This document shows, one piece after another, positions 45,501 to 48,884 of a stretch of DNA of 48,884 bases. Position 1 is the stretch's first letter, and the number at the start of each line of letters is the position of its first letter. Source of the stretch: Mitosporidium daphniae (Eukaryota). The translations under genes were made by a program, and so were the position numbers. The DNA lies in contig NW_013546578.1 of assembly GCF_000760515.2 (NCBI RefSeq), forward strand, positions 1 to 48,884, read 5' to 3'. The notes under the pieces are model-generated. The model was not told where the DNA came from. It saw only the letters and a list, made by a program, of their open reading frames with translations, and searched no databases.

Positions 45501-46164
45501 ACCAAAGGGCAACTGAAGCACTCTGAAATAGTACAAGCGGGCTTATGACTTCGCTTAGAATCAGCGAGAAAAGCATCGGTTGCGCCATGGAAATCGTATT
45601 TGGGCCAAAACAGTCTAAAAGCACTGCCGCTTCGGCATTACTTAATCCGTGAAGTGGATGTTTTAATTCTCCAAGGAGATTAGAATTCAATTCAGAAATA
45701 GGCAAGAAGTTTGAAGGGCAGCCAGAAATTCCATTATTGTCTAGGAGATTTGCTGTCCAAACAAAAGCATCTTGATCGCTCTTCCAAACACACCTATCGC
45801 CTCGGTGAGTCAGAGACTTCCATGAGGAAGTGGGCTTCTGCTCAATTGTAAGTAGGGTATATGAGACTCTAGCTGATATCCTTTTTGAAGATGAAATTGG
45901 AGAAGTGGAAGGCTTTGCTGCTATAAGTATACGTGTCGCTGATTCTAAGGGGCATATTTTAAACCATGCAAGGGTGTAGATCCTCACAGACCACCTTATA
46001 AAGAGTAAGAAAAGACCGCCTGTTGCAATGATCAGTAGAACGGAAACAATGCTCCTGAAAAAAGAGAAACAGCGGCCCTCTATCCACGCTATATCTGGCG
46101 GCAAGAGGGATTCGCTAGCTTCCTGGCGGGATCGCCCCTTTGGAGCAACCGAATATTCAATCAT
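42544..46164 (-). CDS. YPK9: P5B-type ATPase (Ypk9/ATP13A2-like polyamine transporter)
   Basis: DESFLTGES, PPALP (P5B signature), FDKTGTLT, KGAPE, TGDH, CGDGAND; single long ORF. Confidence 0.92.
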   Translation of the reverse strand: MIEYSVAPKGRSRQEASESLLPPDIAWIEGRCFSFFRSIVSVLLIIATGGLFLLFIRWSVRIYTLAWFKICPLESATRILIAAKPSTSPISSSKRISARVSYTLLTIEQKPTSSWKSLTHRGDRCVWKSDQDAFVWTANLLDNNGISGCPSNFLPISELNSNLLGELKHPLHGLSNAEAAVLLDCFGPNTISMAQPMLFSLILSEVISPLVLFQSASVALWCLENYWAYACAIAFITAVSIILSIRTTLSSMASLSKLANDSGIPPSIFIIRGDDQRQGSIMGPVLIPASMIVPGDLIILDHHGHGEYPIQTLPCDGILVRGEALVDESFLTGESIPITKTTANLHGHDGFEMIENSSPSLKRLQQGNIDRASLVYGGTRLLEATGGAMMRATATGSISLRGRMLKAMRYPPPLPSVDQLHIDALIFMGVLGAISIIGFVTTVALLPSNSLVALLVRAGDLITVVLPPALPASLALGTGFAIRRLAQRGIICTAGVMNSGGSGNTIGSPINVAGRVQMVLFDKTGTLTEDSLDVLWVSEAKNSSNHSGVVRLMQVGSSPSSSRIRGALATCHTLRMLGGNLVGDPLDVTLFTWSGWNMEYNTHGLAQIVVTSGNPSKLPSPGDQVRLAVVRAWPFCPLLRRTTVIVKRISPNANSAHSSEQSHAPSSSLQVFVKGAPESLLALCDPTSVPESFLETTLPAWTRRGYRVILFAGGMLPLSSSSWVAAQRLTRAQAEEPKGQLRFLGAVVLVNSVKRGSWETIARLTKAGLAVGMATGDHAVTAAAVAQQVGIIASDDDHNDGVIDARSRPVAVLSGSGFWVNERNEAIRPVNDDSFGCVSKGSGFSSMLLPVPPGYVPVVSGGDALAAYLKAIDSDPSLSLIDGPVRVFARLSPDDKRLLVESMTATGAVVAFCGDGANDVAALQVADVGISLSTSTDSLVAPFCSTGDDPRCVLDVLIEGRGSLGVSFACFRFMALYSMIQFTVVSLLYTWGMNLSDGQFIWQDLFVILPLATAIARMRPGSGGLSSGRLPGRLVDPSVLVAMLVQIVLQILLLFLLYAISVRIFPPHAQILSVCASDDLSAFEGNMLNSSIFLFSNFQYLLMALIFGTWPPFQEPVYANFLMVGLILALIVCNFSILLSCETSLMSTLFGTVDLPSVFRIGVISGLIVLDVALSIFLDSLITPMIISLFHRKKKRNDKLSAITVS

Positions 46165-46347
46165 GCAAAATTTACGCCATTGGTGGATAATTTCAATTTA
46201 ATTTAAATTATTTTCCAATCATATGCGCGCGTGGCCTGATAAAAAATCAAATTTGCCCCATCCCAACACCACATTTTCGAGCACCTAGGGTTAGATGACA
46301 ATACGTTGACAATATAATATGATATTTGCATCAATTTGTGTAATAAC

Positions 46348-46389
46348 TATATTGGGGTTGGTAATTATATTGGGGTTGGTCATTATATT
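46348..46389. repeat. 18-bp tandem repeat (2.3 copies) between YPK9 and MCT1
   Basis: TATATTGGGGTTGGT(A/C)AT twice, plus TATATT. Confidence 0.85.
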
Positions 46390-46534
46390 CAATTCGGCTA
46401 GCCATAGTACTTGAACAGATCTGCTCAAGGGCTAGCTTTAGATGCAAACTTCCACAGCGAGTCTACCAATCGCTGTTCATCCGCTTCCGAGTCAAATTGC
46501 GCAGCTCTATATTGAAATATAAGCAGTTAGAATA

Positions 46535-47596
46535 TTACATTGATGGGATCTGTGGACATTTCTTTTTCAAGAGCGCTGTGAGAGCACGGTTTCCAACTTC
46601 GATGAAAAGATTGCAAGGTTTTGCAACAAGCGCATCGATAGTTTGTGTCCAATAGACCGGGGATATTATTTGCGACCGCAAATAGGCTTTTATTTGATGT
46701 GAATCAAAGGGATCCTTCATCTGATAAATTATCCTGCAATTCCTTGTTACCTCTGTAAGAATGGAGCTGGAGAAATACGAGCTTAGATGATTCTTGCACC
46801 TCGTGGTTTGTGCAAACTGAATCTGTTCTAAAGACTTTCCAAATTTATCTGAAGCCTCATTCATCAGTGGAGAGTGGAAAGCACCAGAGACAGGCAGCTT
46901 TTTTGACGAATTTTCGAAGAACAAATGTAGATCCGTCAGCCTTTTAATAGCTGAAGTTACCAAGGTCGGCGTTCCAGAAAGGATAATTTGGTCCGCGGCG
47001 TTATAACATGCAATCGCAAGCGAGGGTCTTGCTAGCAAGGCTGGTTTTGAGGATTCGACGTCTTCTGGATTACCATCCTTACTAAATTCCTGAATGCTTT
47101 TCCCCATATTATCCATCAGAGCCATTCTGATCTCCGAAAAGGATATCTTTGGCCTTAAACGAACGCTAACCATAATTCCGTTTGGAGAAAACTCGGACAT
47201 TGCTTTTGCACGCTCACCCTAACTAGTATGATTGACTGCGCAGTAGCTTACCACAATCGCGACACCCTGCTCCTGAGTGAGGAAATTGGCCGCCACAAGT
47301 GCAGTAATGTCGCCCAAAGAGTGGCCTGCAAAAATAAAAGCCGTGCTTTGATCCTTTTTGATAAGTGGTGGCAAATCAAGCTGAAACATCCTATTGAGCG
47401 TTGCAATGGAGGTGGCAAATTGGAGCATTTGAGCAAATTGTGTGTTTATGGTCTCTTGAGACATTGCTTCAAAAAGCCCCGGAATTTCAGAGCCGCAAGA
47501 GTCGAACATAGTCTTGAAATGGGAATTCATTAGGTAACGCCCCATGTTAGCATAATGATGGCCTTGACCAGGAAACAGAAGCCCAATTTTGAGCAT
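46535..47596 (-). CDS. MCT1: Malonyl-CoA:ACP transacylase (mitochondrial FAS II)
   Basis: LLFPGQG, AGHSLGD, LPVSGAFHSPLM, QIISPVYW, FIEVG; 33-nt intron at 47251-47219. Confidence 0.9.
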
Positions 47597-47630
47597 AAAT
47601 TAAAATGCTGCTAAAACGTTCAAAGACAGA

Positions 47631-47648
47631 GGGTTAGGGTTAGGGTTT
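47631..47648 (+). repeat. Interstitial telomere-type (TTAGGG) repeat / telo-box upstream of MCT1
   Basis: GGGTTAGGGTTAGGGTTT about 35 nt upstream of the MCT1 ATG; further GGGTTAG at 47662 and 47713, and a degenerate array at 48148-48169. Confidence 0.75.
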
Positions 47649-48632
47649 AACTCATTTACAAGGGTTAGAAAAATATGGGCAGTATTCGAGTCTGCTTTAA
47701 GACATACGTAAAGGGTTAGTGATTGAAATACATTAAAAAGGTACAGGTTGTGCGTTGCGAAAATTATTAGACGTAAAAGAATTTGTGATTGAAAATGGCC
47801 CTAAAGTTTGTGAGAGGTTAGGATTGAGGTTGAGTGATATTAATTTTTATATTGTGATAGGGCGGAATGCAAGGACCATGCATCCGTAAAGAGCGGTCAG
47901 TATTTGTGCCTCATTTTGTTGGAATTTTTGAAGAAATGGGTCTAAACTTTTTGGCAGAAATATGTCGAATCAGCTATCAGTACTGATACTGTTCGAGGAG
48001 GGTAGCCCGATAAATACTCGTAGTTATCTGCATAAATGGCACGTTTTAACGCCATGAATTCACTGGTTGAAAACAGGCAAATTATCTTGAGCAGAACGAA
48101 ATAGTTCGACGTTTAGGCTTGTTGGCTTATTTTTAGTTGCATTAAATTTAGGATTAGGGGTTAGGGTTATGCGAATATAAATGATCGCATCCATAGCCGT
48201 TCGATTTAGCTTTTCGATTGGATGTAAAGTTTTTGATGGAGCCAAAGGTGTGCTGGATAGTTTATTATTGCAAAGTGATGCTTTGAAACATCCAAAATTC
48301 TTCAATTAAACCAACCGATTGTGAGCGCGACCAGAGCAAAAGCCAATATATATTTGATTGAGAAATTTGATATCAAGGTCGTGCAGAGATATTTCAAAGG
48401 GTTAAGCACAAGTGACGCCTAAATAGAAGCCGCTAATTTCATCAAACAGAATATTATGGGTGCTGCTATAAACCTTTTCAGTAATGTTATAGAGAAAGTT
48501 GCAGGAAATTCTCTCCATAGAGAAAATAAACCAAACTAATCTAAAGCACGCCCAAATTGAGCTATGATATGGATCTCATGATTTTAATCATAGATTTAGC
48601 TCATATGAGAAGCTTCAGGTCAAGACTCCAGG

Positions 48633-48884
48633 GAGACTTTGAATGCGAATGGATTGTAAATCATTGGATATTTTTTTCTTGCTTGGTAACATCATGCTGG
48701 AAGAGGTGAATTTACGCAACGGAAAAGATTGGATTGCCTTGTTTACGGCCTATTAATATCCTATTTTCTTTTAAGTTTATTTATGAAAGGTTCCCCTTTG
48801 GTATTGAAAGGATCATTGTTACATAAAAGCTTGCTTTTGATTCTCTTCTCCTGTGATTTTGTATTTTTTCGCATTCAAAGTCTC
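48633..48884. mobile_element. Candidate MITE / non-autonomous DNA element bounded by a 17-bp perfect inverted repeat
   Basis: GAGACTTTGAATGCGAA (48633-48649) and TTCGCATTCAAAGTCTC (48868-48884) flank an AT-rich non-coding interior. Confidence 0.4.

Noticed and set aside
47631..48169. TTAGGG repeats as a true telomere
   Set aside because: Only 2-3 units each, internal, and followed by unique sequence
47900..48600. Possible gene in the right-hand gene-poor region (ORF 48060-48305 and plus-strand fragments)
   Set aside because: No coherent spliced model or motif could be built; the ORF partly translates the telomere-like repeat

Overview
A very gene-dense eukaryotic (fungal-type) region, not a prokaryotic one. 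It holds about 34 protein genes and 2 tRNA-Val genes, with no CRISPR array, prophage or recognisable transposase. Most genes are split by tiny GT-AG introns (mostly 23-38 nt), so the ORF track fragments them and misses several entirely: TOM7, QCR10, an RRM/zinc-knuckle SR protein, the BMT5 N-terminus and the G-patch of PXR1/PINX1. Gene content is mainly ribosome biogenesis and translation (BMT5, GIR2, TYW1, NOC2, ENP1, SKI2, RPL19, RRS1, RRP9, RPS18, PXR1, C1D, BUD23) and a respiring mitochondrion (TOM7, KGD2, LSC2, QCR10, EF-G2mt, a carrier, MCT1). Tiny introns, 4-125 nt spacers and aerobic mitochondria together suggest an early-diverging fungal parasite of the Rozellomycota/basal microsporidia grade such as Mitosporidium (inference, not verified). 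The most interesting observations are: a 23-nt tandem duplication in SKI2 that breaks the frame but creates a frame-restoring 20-nt GT-AG intron (possible intron birth); TTAGGG telo-box motifs clustered in promoters; a 29-bp all-A/T bidirectional promoter; a spliced Sld7/MTBP-like C-terminal domain; long introns with nested splice sites; and a 17-bp inverted repeat (possible MITE) at the right end. All gene models were built by hand, and family calls rest on remembered motifs, not database searches.
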